64,000 nt of DNA from an uncultured delta proteobacterium (lineage in GTDB: Bacteria > Desulfobacterota > Syntrophia > Syntrophales > Smithellaceae). Positions within the stretch are counted from its first letter, which is position 1. Every line of letters begins with the position of its first letter. Below, piece by piece: positions 9,129 through 20,702 of this stretch. Location: positions 31,303-95,302 of the forward strand of contig CAVSCG010000006.1 in the NCBI GenBank assembly GCA_963726395.1. The letters are read 5' to 3'. Under the pieces are notes generated by a model. The model had not been told where the DNA came from. It saw nothing but the letters and a program-made list of their open reading frames with translations, and made no database searches. Both the position numbers and the translations under genes were made by a program.

Positions 9129-12100
9129 CTAAAGAGTGATTGAATAATACCTATCCGTCTCTCTTTCATGCTTTCCTAGATAGAGAGCGCCGCTCCAGCC
9201 GTCAATGCAGATAAAATCTCCCGTCTTGATGGTGTGGCCTTCCAGAGTTGCATAACCATCCATTTCATAGACCTTCAATCTGCTGAACCCCACCACACCG
9301 ACTTTTCCCAACTGCGGAATGGTTACGGCGGCATGGGAGGTCGCCCCACCTTTAGCCGTGAGGAGCCCCTCAACCTGTAAAAGGACGCCGACATCATCGG
9401 GAACCGTATCGGGACGCACAAGAATAAGCGGCGTTTTAGATTCCGTTTTGCGAAAATGCTTGATGTCTTCTTCGGAATAAACGGCCCGGCCGCAAAGCGC
9501 GCCACCGCTCACGCCGATCCCAGTGCCCAGCAGGGACGCGTGCAATGAAGCCGTGTCTTTAAAACGGCGCAAACTTTTTGTTTTGGTCTGATCCATATCC
9601 CGCGTTTGCAGCAAAAACAATTGATCTTTTTGAGGACCTTCAAAAGTAAATTCAATTTCCTGGTGATTGAACCCCTTTTCGTAAATCATGATTTCCGCTA
9701 TTTTGACCAACTCGGCATAGATGGCCGGAAAGGTGGCTTCCAATGAAATTTCCGTATTACGATGCTCGGCAATCCGCTGTTTTTCAGATATGGGAAAGGT
9801 TTCGACCAAACCGGAAACAATATCATCGCCCTGAACACCGAAGATGAAATCTCCATACAGTGTTACATCGGATGAAGCGCTTTTCGGATCGCGCGTAAAA
9901 ATCACGCCTGAACCGGAACGTTCATGGAAATTGCCGAAAACCATCGCCTGCACGATAACGGCCGTTCCCCACTCGTCGGATAAATGCATCTGATGACGAT
10001 AAATCTTGGCCTGTTCGGAATACCAGGAATCAAAAACTTGCAAAATGGCGTGGCGCAGCTGCCGCATCGGATCATCCGCCACCGGGAGACCGCTATCGAG
10101 AATACCTTTTTTATAAGCCAGGGCAATTTGTTTCATCAGATCAGATGAAAATTGAATTTTTCTTTCCACGCCATGTTTTTGCTTAAAATCATCTATGATA
10201 GCGTCGAAGAAATCACGGCTTAATCCCTGAAACATGCCCCACGTCTGCAAAAACCGCCGGTAGGAATCCCAGGCTGCCCAATGAAAATCCTTTCTCAAGC
10301 TGAGAGTTTCGGCAATCGAGGCGTTGATGCCCACATTTAAAAAAGAGCGCATCATCCCGGGCAGAGAAACCGTGGCGCCGCTTCGAACCGACAAAAGCAG
10401 AGGATTGTTGCGGTCGCCGAATTTACGGCCGGTTTTCTTTTCCAACGCGGCAATTTCTTTGTTCACACGTGCAGCCAGATCGCTGAAAACATATCGGTAA
10501 CCATAAACAGCGTCATAGCCCCGAAAGACCTCCGTCGTAATGATAAATCCCGGCGGAACTGGAAATCCGAAGGAAACGAGCTTCTTCAAAAAATAGCCTT
10601 TGTTTCCCAAGAGAATCTGGTTGTCCATTTTCGAGTTTTTGCTGTAGATGGCGGAAACGGCCAGTTCAGGGTTATAGGCCATCAAAAGATTGAGAATCCG
10701 TTTGTTGTCCTTGAATTTTTCCGTTTCCGCGTTGAGCGTTTTAATGACTGCGTGAACAAAATTATCCATTACCTGCAGTCCGAACGCGGACGAGATCATG
10801 CCGCGGATAAAATTCTCTGATTGCTGATAGACAAATTCATCCTGCCGGGGTTGCTCGCCTTTACCGTCTATTTTATCCGTCTGCGGATTGACCTGACGGA
10901 CGATTACCGGCAGATTGACGCTGTGGGCGTCGATATAATAATCACGGATGACATCCTGAATGCCTTTGGAGATAAACCTGAAAATATCGATGTATTGATC
11001 CACGGAAAACTGTTTGATGGGCAGCGCACTTGTGACAAATTTAACCTTGCCCACCAGTCCTTCGGTGGAAATGCCCTCCAGCTCTAGCGCGCTGATGTAA
11101 TGCCACAGATAAATATGAATTTTGATAATCGTGCGCTTGGTGATGAATTTCAGATTCAGCGACTTGATCAGTTCTTCAAACAGCATGCCCCCCAGGCTCT
11201 CCAACCGCAATGTAAGTCCCAGCGCGTCAAATTTTTCCTCATGATAGGTTCCATACATGGACGGAATGCCCGCGGCAATGTGTCTTTTATAGTAGATATT
11301 TTCAAAAGACTGAGTTTTCTGCCCGGAAAGAATCCTGGCTTTGAGCGCGGACAGGAATTTCAGGATGATCGTCAGGCTGCGGTAATAATTTTTATCGCCC
11401 AGCGATCGCTGCAGGGACAGGATATCCTGCGCGGAAAAAGCATTGACGGCTTCCAGGTCTTTGAGCAAATCAAAATATTGAGGATAATATTTTTTATAGA
11501 TCAATTGATAAATACGGAGCATCAGCGACACGCGTTCTTGATCCGTCTCGGAAACATCCTTGATTTGGGAAATCTCTCTGGTAATTTTTGCTTTATCCCA
11601 TTCCAGAAATTTTCGTGGTTTATTTCCGACTTTGGGGAAAAGGTATATAAACGACTGATGCACCCCGTCAAAATATTTACCGGTGTTTATCACCTGGTCA
11701 TATATTTCATCCGGAATATGTTTGCGGATGAACTGTTTGTCGCCGGAAAACCAGTAGCGAAAAATATCCTCGATAAACTCGACCAGCAGGCTGTTGCTTT
11801 CCACGTGGGATTGCTTGCGGAAAAAATCGATCAAGCGGTCATTGCGGAAGGACAGCTCATCCACGCGGGTCGTGATGTCCCGCAATTCCCCTTCCGCGCC
11901 GATTTCACTGAAATACACGGGGAAAAGACGTAAAAGCTGCTTGATCAGGTTGTAAGCTGGAGCGATATCCGCATTGAGCAACCGGGAAATATCCCGCTGA
12001 ATCAGATCCGTATCGCGAATAAAAATCCCGCCGATTTTCAAATTAATGATCAGGGCGGAAATGAGTCTTTTCGTCCAGCGCGGTTTCATGGCGATAATTT

Positions 12101-13368
12101 CCAGCCAGGCTCGGATGGTTCGGATATGTTCGGGATTGACCCGCACCTGCCACTCCGCGGTCGATCCTTTAATTTCCGGATATTCAAATCCGTAGGCAAT
12201 CAGTTCGTCAAGAAATGTTTCCACCAAGGGGTGGGCGTTTTGCGCGAAAACCTCTCTGGCCGCCGTGAGAATACAGTCGATGCTTGCACCACGGAATTCA
12301 TTTTGCGACGTATTCTTTTTCAGAAAACCAAAAATCTTCCGCACAAAGTCGTCCAGATTTTCTTTCTTTTCCTCCTGAAAAACAAGTTTCAGTGAATAAT
12401 TGATTTCCCGCATGGCACTGACATGGATGTCCCGAAGCCCCGGAGCAGACATGACTCCGAAAAGGAAATCCAGTTTAATCAAGTGACGGCCCGAATAGAC
12501 TTTAGATTTCTCCAGCGCGTCGGCCACCTGTAGGTAGCCATCGATGATCTGGAAATAATCCGGCAGGGCAAGGAAGTCCCCTATACGCGTTCCGGCTTTC
12601 TCGCCGTCTTGGGGACAAAGTGCTTCGAGCTCCAGAACCAATTTGCGGAAATGATGATGACTGAGGGGCTGGATCAATTCCAGATAAGCCGTCTCGTTCA
12701 GCATGTGCTTCGGCCTTGCGTTCAGCGATGAGCCATAGGGCAGGATCGGGCTGACTCAGCCAGAAGGTATACGTCGCTCGATACATTTGATAGAGCAACG
12801 TATCAAAGGCCGGCGTGGAAATCTCCACTTTCTTTTCCGTAACCGACCGGATAATTCTCTTCAGGTAGGATGAACATTTTTTAAACAACGCCGATTCCCC
12901 GTCGGCAATATCCATCAATGCGGTGATAAACCCCGGAAACAGAGACAGATTTCTTTCCAGAAATTCATTGCTCTGCAGAATAATCGCGTCCGCATAGTCG
13001 AACAGATAATGAATGGCGCTGTCTTTCACATCTTCGGACGCGGGTGATTTCAGAACGTCAAAATAAATCGTCAGCAGAATGGATAAAGCCGACAGTCCCT
13101 CCGGAGAATTGTTATAGATATAAAAATCACCAATGGAGATGGACTTGAGTTCTTTGAGAACATATTCCCAGTTGACATAAGGATGGTTGAGTTCCGTCAA
13201 CAGCTCACGTGTTTTTTTCTGCAAGCCGTAATGGTCTTTGACAATCTGCAGGATCGGCGCGTATTGTGTAGGGATTTGAACATCCACCGCCGTTCTTTCC
13301 AGATTGACTTTTAGCGCTGATGAAACCCATCGATTATTCTGCTCGATGGGTTTTGATTTTGTTGTCAT
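9129..13368 (-). CDS. PPDK-like dikinase: large unknown N-terminal region, nucleotide-binding domain and His domain; split by a frameshift near 12705
   Basis: LGNKG, PVPPGFIITTE, LLLSVRSGA, MVFGN, SGSGVIFTRDP, QGDDIVSG, LQTR, GGATSHAAV. ORFs 12502-13368 and 9129-12704 overlap out of frame. Confidence 0.85.
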
Positions 13369-13595
13369 AAGAAATAACCCTTTGTAAGACAGATTAAACA
13401 GAATTTTGGTTGGATTTCAAGGCCGTAATTTCTTTTCGGAATGAAATTCTAAACAAATAAGCAATTTAATCGCCTTGGAAAATCTTTGGAAAGAAACAGG
13501 CCATCGCGCTCTATAGAAGAAAATCAGCGCCCACCTGCCCTTATTCTTGACCGCATAGGATGTTTGGTATATGAATTTAATAAGAAAGGTTAAAC

Positions 13596-14504
13596 ATGGC
13601 ATATAAAACTGTTGCAGATGTTGAACAAAGGTTGATTGAGGCCGGCTACATCCCGTCCCGGGAAATAGCCACGGTTATTTTCCTGGCGCAGGCGACGCAG
13701 AAACCTGTTTTAATCGAGGGGCCGGCGGGTGTCGGCAAAACGGAACTGGCCAAGGCGGTAGCCCGCAGTTTGGATCGCGAGTTGATCCGTCTCCAATGCT
13801 ACGAAGGTCTGGACGAGGCCAAGGCCCTCTATGAATGGGAATACGCCAAGCAACTGCTCTACACCCAGATGGTTAAGGATAGAATTAACGATATTATCGG
13901 CGCCACGGCAACATTGACCGAAGCGGTCGATCAGATCGCCGCTCAGGAAGACGCTTTTTTTTCCGACCGTTTCATCCAGCCGCGTCCGCTTCTACAGGCC
14001 ATCAGTTCAGAGAAACCCGTCGTGCTGCTCCTGGACGAAGTGGATAAGTCCGATCCGGAGTTTGAAGCCTTTCTTCTGGAATTGCTCAGCGATTTTCAGG
14101 TTTCCATCCCCGAACTGGGAACGCGCAAGGCCATCAAGATTCCCTTTGTTCTACTCACATCCAACAACTACCGGGATATGAGCGACGCTCTCAAACGCCG
14201 CTGCGTTCATCTCTATATTGATTATCCGGCACGCGACACGGAGATCGCCATTGTCCGGCTAAAAATTCCGGACATCGAGGAAAAACTTTGCGCCGTTCTG
14301 GTGGACTCTATCCGCAAAATCCGCACACTGGATCTGAAGAAAAGCCCCAGTATTTCAGAAACCCTGGACTGGGCGCAATCGCTACTGGCCTTGCAGATCC
14401 ATGAACTGACACCCGAAGTTGTCTCCGAAACACTTAACGTCATTTGCAAATACCAGATGGATCTGGAAAAAGTGCGGAAAAACATGAACCGGGTGATTGC
14501 CTGA
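13596..14504 (+). CDS. MoxR family AAA+ ATPase (CoxD-like)
   Basis: Walker A GPAGVGKT, RLQCYEGLD, Walker B LLLDEVDK, DALKRRC. Confidence 0.93.
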   Translation: MAYKTVADVEQRLIEAGYIPSREIATVIFLAQATQKPVLIEGPAGVGKTELAKAVARSLDRELIRLQCYEGLDEAKALYEWEYAKQLLYTQMVKDRINDIIGATATLTEAVDQIAAQEDAFFSDRFIQPRPLLQAISSEKPVVLLLDEVDKSDPEFEAFLLELLSDFQVSIPELGTRKAIKIPFVLLTSNNYRDMSDALKRRCVHLYIDYPARDTEIAIVRLKIPDIEEKLCAVLVDSIRKIRTLDLKKSPSISETLDWAQSLLALQIHELTPEVVSETLNVICKYQMDLEKVRKNMNRVIA

Positions 14505-14556
14505 TAGTTAACATCGGTCATCATCCAAGCGTCTGAAAACCGTGCCATGGTGATTT

Positions 14557-15942
14557 ATGGTCAAGTTGATTGGGCAATTCGTTTCTTGCTGCCGGGCTGC
14601 GGGTCTGCGCGTTTCCACATCGGAGGTTCTCGATAGCCTCAAACAGTTACAGCTTATTGACCCGACCGACGAGCTGCAATTCCGGGCGCTGCTTCGCTCC
14701 AATTTTGCGAAGAGCTTAAGAGAACTGCACCACTTTGACCGTCTCTACCATCTCTTTTTTCATGAAATGCGCGTCAATGTGGACGACATGCAGCAGGCGG
14801 CTGCCCAGATCGATCAAATCCGGAAGGCGACAGACCTGCTTAGGGAAAAGCCCCACGACAATCCCGTTTACGACGCCGTTGTGGACTTTCTGGCCGGCAA
14901 TCCCATGCCCCTGCTTGCGGAAATGCGCCGGATCCATTCGGAATCGGATGATTCAACATCGCCCGCCCGGTTTAATTTCGGGCCGCTGGCCAGTCGTTTT
15001 AACGTGCTGCTGCAGATTAACGCGGCAGCAGCCACTGCCGCCGCGCTTCTGGAAAATAATGATTTAAAAATGGATTCGAAGGCCCGTCGTGATCTTGCCG
15101 CTCATTTCGACGAGCGTGTCGAAGCCGCGCGTTCTATCCTGATGTATGAGCCACGTCCGGGAGATGCCGGCACTCGAAAAGTTAAAACGTATGAACAGCG
15201 GATAAAGGATCTGGGGGAAAAAGCGTTCTCGTCGTTCACCCATCAGGAAGTTGAAGAGATGCGGGAGGCCATCGATAAGCTGGTGCGCAAATTGAAAAAC
15301 ATCGTCAGCCGCCGCTTTGCGGTGCGCGATCGGGGAAATCTGGACGTCAAAAAAACGCTGCGGGCATCTGCCAAATACGACGGTGTTCCCCTCGATATTA
15401 AATATCGCCGGAAAACCATGCGCAAAAGCCGGATTGTCACACTGTGCGACGTATCGGGCTCCGTCTGGGCGGCGGCCCGCTTCATGCTCAATCTTCTTTA
15501 TTCCCTTCAGGATTGCTTTGACAAGGTTAATAGTTTTGTCTTCATAGACCAGTTGACGGACGTCACCGGCATCTTTGAAGAGCACGACATTTCCGAAGCC
15601 ACCCGCATCGTCATGGAAGAGGCGGATGTGCACTATGAAGCACCGACGGATTACGGTGAAACCCTGCGGAATTTTAAAAGAGACTATATGGAGCTTCTAA
15701 CGAAAAAGACAACGCTCATCATCGTCGGTGACGGACGATCCAATTATATGAATCCGGAAGATGCAATTTTGGGTGACATGCGGGATCGCTGCCGCCGGGT
15801 GATCTGGCTCAATCCCGAACCGGAAAACCTCTGGGGGACGGGGGACAGCGAAATCAAGGCCTACACGCATCACTGCCACGAAGTCCGCCCTTGCCGGAAT
15901 GTCAATCAATTAATCACCTTTATCGAGGAGCTGGTTTTATAA
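14557..15942 (+). CDS. VWA domain protein (CoxE-like)
   Basis: LDVKKTLRAS, MIDAS motif CDVSGS, TDYG, GDGRSN, IWLNPEP. Confidence 0.92.
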   Translation: MVKLIGQFVSCCRAAGLRVSTSEVLDSLKQLQLIDPTDELQFRALLRSNFAKSLRELHHFDRLYHLFFHEMRVNVDDMQQAAAQIDQIRKATDLLREKPHDNPVYDAVVDFLAGNPMPLLAEMRRIHSESDDSTSPARFNFGPLASRFNVLLQINAAAATAAALLENNDLKMDSKARRDLAAHFDERVEAARSILMYEPRPGDAGTRKVKTYEQRIKDLGEKAFSSFTHQEVEEMREAIDKLVRKLKNIVSRRFAVRDRGNLDVKKTLRASAKYDGVPLDIKYRRKTMRKSRIVTLCDVSGSVWAAARFMLNLLYSLQDCFDKVNSFVFIDQLTDVTGIFEEHDISEATRIVMEEADVHYEAPTDYGETLRNFKRDYMELLTKKTTLIIVGDGRSNYMNPEDAILGDMRDRCRRVIWLNPEPENLWGTGDSEIKAYTHHCHEVRPCRNVNQLITFIEELVL

Positions 15943-16032
15943 CCTAATAACCTAAAGGTCACTCGAGGTAACGCGTAACCTAACCACCTAGAGGTGGCGC
16001 GAGCTCACACGTAACCTATAGGTCACACGTAA
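15940..16032. repeat. Degenerate 36-bp tandem repeat with three ACCTNNAGGT palindromes
   Basis: 15940-15975 and 15976-16011 match at 27/36 positions; partial third unit; palindromes at 15950, 15986 and 16014. Confidence 0.7.
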
Positions 16033-16288
16033 ATGAAACAGGGAAATAAAAGGTTAATCGGGTTGATGTATACTTCCTTAACAAACAAATCGTCAAATGT
16101 GATTAAAATGCTAGACTTCAATTCGTAATATACACAATTCACGTTTGATGGTAGACATAAAAACATTCATATTACCTTATTACCTTTGGATTCTTAAGAT
16201 GTTTGGAGCCGAGAGGGCGCTGGACTGTTTTGAGGGAAGAAAAGCATCTTAAATTAAGGAAGCTGATCATAACGGAAAGGAGAGAAAC

Positions 16289-17824
16289 ATGAAACCAGAG
16301 TTTACGAACATCAGGGAAATGGTGGCGATGCAGGCGCGTCGCTACCAGGACAGAATAGCCATCCGCTTTTACGAACGGGATATCACCTATCGTGATCTTG
16401 ATGAACAAAGCAACCGTGTGGCCAACGGTCTTCTTAAACTGGGAGTTGGAAAAGGCGACAGGGTTTGCATGCTCATGGATAACAGCCCGGAATTTTACTA
16501 TACCTATTTTGGGATCATCAAGATCGGGGGCATTGCTGGTCCAGTCAACTGTTGGTGGCAAATCGGAGAAATCCAGTACCTGCTGAAAGATTCCGGAGCA
16601 GTAGCCCTGTTTTGTGATCACAACTATCGGGGGCACATCGACAAGATCATCGACGAAACGCCGGACCTGAAACATGTCATCGAACGTGAGGCGACAGATG
16701 ATCGTTTTCTCCCGTTTGAGAAAATGTTGATGGAGTCGGTCGAACTACCTGCCGTGGAGATAAGCCCCGATGATGTGTCCACGATCGTATATACCTCGGG
16801 GACGACGGGTAACCCCAAGGGGGTTTTGCTTACGCACAGGAATATTCTAACCAACTCCTGGCAGGCAAGTCTGCTCGCTAATATCGATGAGAACGACGTC
16901 ATAATGTGTTTTCTCCCCCTGTTCCATGTCAACGGGCTGGTCATTACCGGGACATCTCCCCTGACTAAAGGCTCCCAGATCATCCTACGCCGTAATTTTT
17001 CTGCCTCGGAGTTTTGGGAATGTGTCGCGAAATATCGAGTCTCGATTTTCAGTGGCGTGCCGACTGTTTACCAGATTCTTTTGAATACGCCAGGTTTCGA
17101 GGGTTTGGATGTGTCCTCACTCCGTTATGGCGTCTGCGGCGCAGCACCCATGCCCGTGGAGACCATCCGGAAGTTCGAGGAAGCCTTTAACATGATCATC
17201 GTCGAGGGATATGGGCTGACCGAAAGCACAGCCGGGGCAACAGCCAATCCCATCGACGGCGTCCGGAAAATTGGTTCCATCGGGATTCCCTTTGCGGGAA
17301 CCGAAATTCGGATTCTGGACGAAGAGGACAAAGAGGTTCCACAGGGAGAAGTGGGAGAAATTTGTATCCGGGGCGACAATGTCATGAAGGGCTACTTCAA
17401 TAAACCGGAGGATACAGCCCAAACCCTGCATGGCGGATGGCTGCATACAGGGGATATGGCTTATAAGGATGAGGATGGTTACCTGTTTATCGTTGACCGG
17501 AAGAAGGAAATGATTATCCGGGGCGGTGAAAATATCTACCCCAAGGAGTTGGAGGGCATCATTTGTCGACATCCTGATGTTGCGGAGGTCGCAGTTGTTG
17601 GTGTCCCCGACGCGATCTACGGGGAAGAGGTCATGGCTTGCCTGGTTCTCCATCCGGATCGTGTATTGACAGAGGAAGCATTTCAAGACTGGTGCCGGAC
17701 CAACATGGCGTCCTATAAAGTGCCGAAATACGTTAACATTCGGACATCCCTTCCCCGGAACATTCTGGGAAAGCTCCTCAAGAAAGAGCTGAAAGTCGCT
17801 TTGAAGTCGGAGGGAAAACTCTGA
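16289..17824 (+). CDS. Long-chain fatty acid-CoA ligase
   Basis: YTSGTTGNPKG, EGYGLTE, HTGD, DRKKEMIIRGGENIYP. Confidence 0.93.
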   Translation: MKPEFTNIREMVAMQARRYQDRIAIRFYERDITYRDLDEQSNRVANGLLKLGVGKGDRVCMLMDNSPEFYYTYFGIIKIGGIAGPVNCWWQIGEIQYLLKDSGAVALFCDHNYRGHIDKIIDETPDLKHVIEREATDDRFLPFEKMLMESVELPAVEISPDDVSTIVYTSGTTGNPKGVLLTHRNILTNSWQASLLANIDENDVIMCFLPLFHVNGLVITGTSPLTKGSQIILRRNFSASEFWECVAKYRVSIFSGVPTVYQILLNTPGFEGLDVSSLRYGVCGAAPMPVETIRKFEEAFNMIIVEGYGLTESTAGATANPIDGVRKIGSIGIPFAGTEIRILDEEDKEVPQGEVGEICIRGDNVMKGYFNKPEDTAQTLHGGWLHTGDMAYKDEDGYLFIVDRKKEMIIRGGENIYPKELEGIICRHPDVAEVAVVGVPDAIYGEEVMACLVLHPDRVLTEEAFQDWCRTNMASYKVPKYVNIRTSLPRNILGKLLKKELKVALKSEGKL

Positions 17825-17941
17825 TTTCAGAAAAGATAGAAATAAAACGCCTCTGTTTCTCAGAGGTGTGGGGAAAGCATTGAAACGTGAATTGAAAAAG
17901 ATAATAGAAGTTTAGGGGCATTATTCATTGTCCTTCTGGTA

Positions 17942-17977
17942 GCACATAGGGCCAAATATTTGTTTGGCTCTATGTGC
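17942..17977. terminator. Long hairpin, possible terminator
   Basis: GCACATAGGGCCAAA/TTTGGCTCTATGTGC stem. Confidence 0.5.
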
Positions 17978-18281
17978 GATGCCGGATACCACAATTCAAA
18001 CGGTAATCTACAACTTGTTTTTCAAGTAGCATATGCGGACTTGTAGGAAACAAATAATCAGGCTTTTCTTTCTATATTTACTTCCCTGATTATAAATTTC
18101 TCCCAAGAGAATTATAACCGCGTCGCTCATTCCTGTTATACCGTTTAGAAGACATATCCCATTTCCATTGTGGATTTATGATTAAAACTGTGATCAGATA
18201 AAACTAAATCCAATAGTAATTTATAGAAAAACTGCACTGTTTGTATGCAGCGTCACTTCAACTGCGAGCAGGAGAGTGATC

Positions 18282-19106
18282 ATGTCAAGACGACCGCGCG
18301 TATGGATGTTGATACAGGCCTTATTTTTTCCATTAACACGGAGAATACTGCAGGGTACTCAGACAACATCTATTGGAAAATTGATATCCCGAATATCTGT
18401 CCCATTGTTGAGCGGGGAAAATTTCCACATTACATACCTTCCTGTCAATGAACAGATTGAAGGTGCCGACAGCACAATGGTACCGCAACTTGTCCTCGAA
18501 GAGATTGTTCGATCATCCGCTCATCGGGTGATCATACGCCGTTGTACCTGCAGGGATGGAAACCAGTGCGGCAATCATCCGATAGGACTTGCCTGTCTCT
18601 TGATGGGGGAGGGAGCCCGGGAAGTTGATCCTGCCGTTGGACGTCATGTAAGTGTTGAAGAAGCTTTGTCACATGTTCGGCAATGCATAGAGGATGGTCT
18701 CATTCCTTTTGTTGGCCGCTTCAAGGCCGATAATTTGCTTTGGGGCGTAAAAGATCGCGGCAAGCTTCTAACGGTATGTTTCTGTTGTTCCTGTTGCTGC
18801 ATGATCATGAATACCATACGCTATATGCCACAAATATCTCATGAAAGGATTGTGAAGCTCAAAGGGCTTAAAATCATAGTTGATAATGAGAAGTGCAAGA
18901 TGTGCGGCGTCTGCACCAAGTCCTGTTTCATGGGTGCCTTGTCCCTGTCTGATGGGAAAATCATCCGGGATAACAGTCTGTGCAAAGGATGTGGATTATG
19001 CATCACTGCTTGTCCTAACAAGGCAGTGTCTGCTGCAGTGGACGATTTACAGGCAGCTGTGACAGAACTCAAAGGCCGAATTGAAGCTTTGATCGACTAT
19101 CGTTAA
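18282..19106 (+). CDS. 4Fe-4S dicluster domain protein
   Basis: CTCR, CFCCSCCC, CKMCGVC...C and CKGCGLC...CP. Confidence 0.88.
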   Translation: MSRRPRVWMLIQALFFPLTRRILQGTQTTSIGKLISRISVPLLSGENFHITYLPVNEQIEGADSTMVPQLVLEEIVRSSAHRVIIRRCTCRDGNQCGNHPIGLACLLMGEGAREVDPAVGRHVSVEEALSHVRQCIEDGLIPFVGRFKADNLLWGVKDRGKLLTVCFCCSCCCMIMNTIRYMPQISHERIVKLKGLKIIVDNEKCKMCGVCTKSCFMGALSLSDGKIIRDNSLCKGCGLCITACPNKAVSAAVDDLQAAVTELKGRIEALIDYR

Positions 19107-19406
19107 CCGGAGTGGAATTCCGACGGGATCTTCTATGCGCAGGGAATATCGGTCTTGCAAAACCGATATTCAAAATGGTTCAAGGTAAAAGGAATGAATA
19201 TGACAGAAAGGGTTTCTTCCTATCCTCAATGATTGACTGATTTTAGGAACTATGCGACATTATGGTGTGTAATGGTTGAAATGGGTTGGTACAACCGAAA
19301 AAACATAGGGGCAAACTGAGCAAAGAAACCATAACCAATATTATCATGAGAAACCAGACTATTCAAATCAACAGATAGTCGGTGATTTTGGGAAAGGAAG
19401 GAACAC

Positions 19407-20474
19407 ATGAAAGTATTAGCTCTCAATTCAAGTGCCCGGACAGGGGATGTCAGTAAGACGGAAATTGTGTTGGATTATCTGGTTCAGGGCATGCGCGAAG
19501 CGGGTGCCGAAGTGGAGGTTATTGAACTTCGCAGGAAGAAAATCAGGTACTGCATTGGATGCTTTACCTGCTGGACCAAGACTCCCGGGATGTGCATCCA
19601 CAAAGACGATATGACAAAGGAGATTCTCCCCAAGTATCTGGACAGCGATCTGGTGATATTAGCCACCCCGCTTTTCCACTATACCGTGAACGCCCTGATG
19701 AAAACCTTTATCGAGCGAACGCTTCCTGTTGCGCTTCCTTTTTTCGAAAAACGTGATGGTGTCACAAAGCATCCTTACCGACACGAAACACCGCCTGTCG
19801 TGGTCCTTTCCGTTGCCGGATTTCCGGAAGAAAGTGTCTTCGATGCGCTGAAATTCTACGTGAATTTCATGTTTCGCAAGCAGCGGCTTGTAGCGGAGAT
19901 ATATCGGACATCATCGGAAATGATTTCACGATCGTCTACCAGCAAAAAGATATCCGATATCCGTGAGGCGTTGATTCAGGGCGGGCGGGAATTGGTTCAG
20001 TCCATGAAGATATCTCAGGAAACCATGGACAGAATAAAAAAACCGATTACCGACTTTGAAGAGATGGCGCCCATGGGAAACCTGATGTGGCAGACATGCA
20101 TAAACGAGGGCGTCACCATGGGAGAAGCCCAGAAGAGTGGTCTGATCCCGCGTCCAGACTCCATCGAAACCTTCCTGATGTTAATGAAATTTGCATTTAA
20201 AGCAAATAAAGCCAGGGATGCCAGGCTCACCATGCAGTTCAATTTTTCAGGACAGGTGGCGGGGGAATGCTATTTTCTGATTGAAAATGGAAACTTCAAG
20301 ACCGGCCTGGGAAAGATGAACAATCCCGACCTGATCATTGAATCACCCTTCGAAGTCTGGATGGACATAATGACAAAAAAAGCGGATGGTCAAAAGATGT
20401 TCATGGAAAAGAAATATACAACACAAGGGGACATTTCAATCCTCATGAGAATGGGAGAGTTCTTTGGTAATTGA
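19407..20474 (+). CDS. Flavodoxin-like iron-sulfur flavoprotein fused to a C-terminal SCP2 domain
   Basis: LALNSSAR, CIGCFTCW..TPG.C..KDD, ATPLF; C-terminal PDLII...DGQKMFM...GD. Confidence 0.85.
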   Translation: MKVLALNSSARTGDVSKTEIVLDYLVQGMREAGAEVEVIELRRKKIRYCIGCFTCWTKTPGMCIHKDDMTKEILPKYLDSDLVILATPLFHYTVNALMKTFIERTLPVALPFFEKRDGVTKHPYRHETPPVVVLSVAGFPEESVFDALKFYVNFMFRKQRLVAEIYRTSSEMISRSSTSKKISDIREALIQGGRELVQSMKISQETMDRIKKPITDFEEMAPMGNLMWQTCINEGVTMGEAQKSGLIPRPDSIETFLMLMKFAFKANKARDARLTMQFNFSGQVAGECYFLIENGNFKTGLGKMNNPDLIIESPFEVWMDIMTKKADGQKMFMEKKYTTQGDISILMRMGEFFGN

Positions 20475-20702
20475 GGTATTTGCGAGAGATACGCTTATCT
20501 TAGACTACTTACCCAAAATGTGTATTCCACCCATCACAGGATAATGGTAAGCTTGCCATCATGATGGATCCCCTAACAACCAAATGGAGCGGATCCCTTA
20601 TAGTCCCCACTCATGTGGGGCGTTGATCAAACATTTCAAACGAAAATCAATAAATAGTTTATTCGCAATGATTGTTTCTTAAGAGGTGAATAAGAGAGAA
20701 GT

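Noticed and set aside
11100-11933. Long antisense ORFs (also 28171..29043, 35284..36117, 38292..39032)
   Set aside because: Shadows of well-supported genes on the opposite strand, with no recognisable motifs
15940-16032. Possible mini-CRISPR array
   Set aside because: Units are contiguous and degenerate, with no unique spacers and no cas genes
18103-18150. QENYNRVAHS frame resembling a transposase C-terminus
   Set aside because: Too short and weak, and no IS ends found
19300-19340. GGGCAAAC word resembling a c-di-GMP-I riboswitch
   Set aside because: No GNRA-capped P2 helix or downstream P3 pairing
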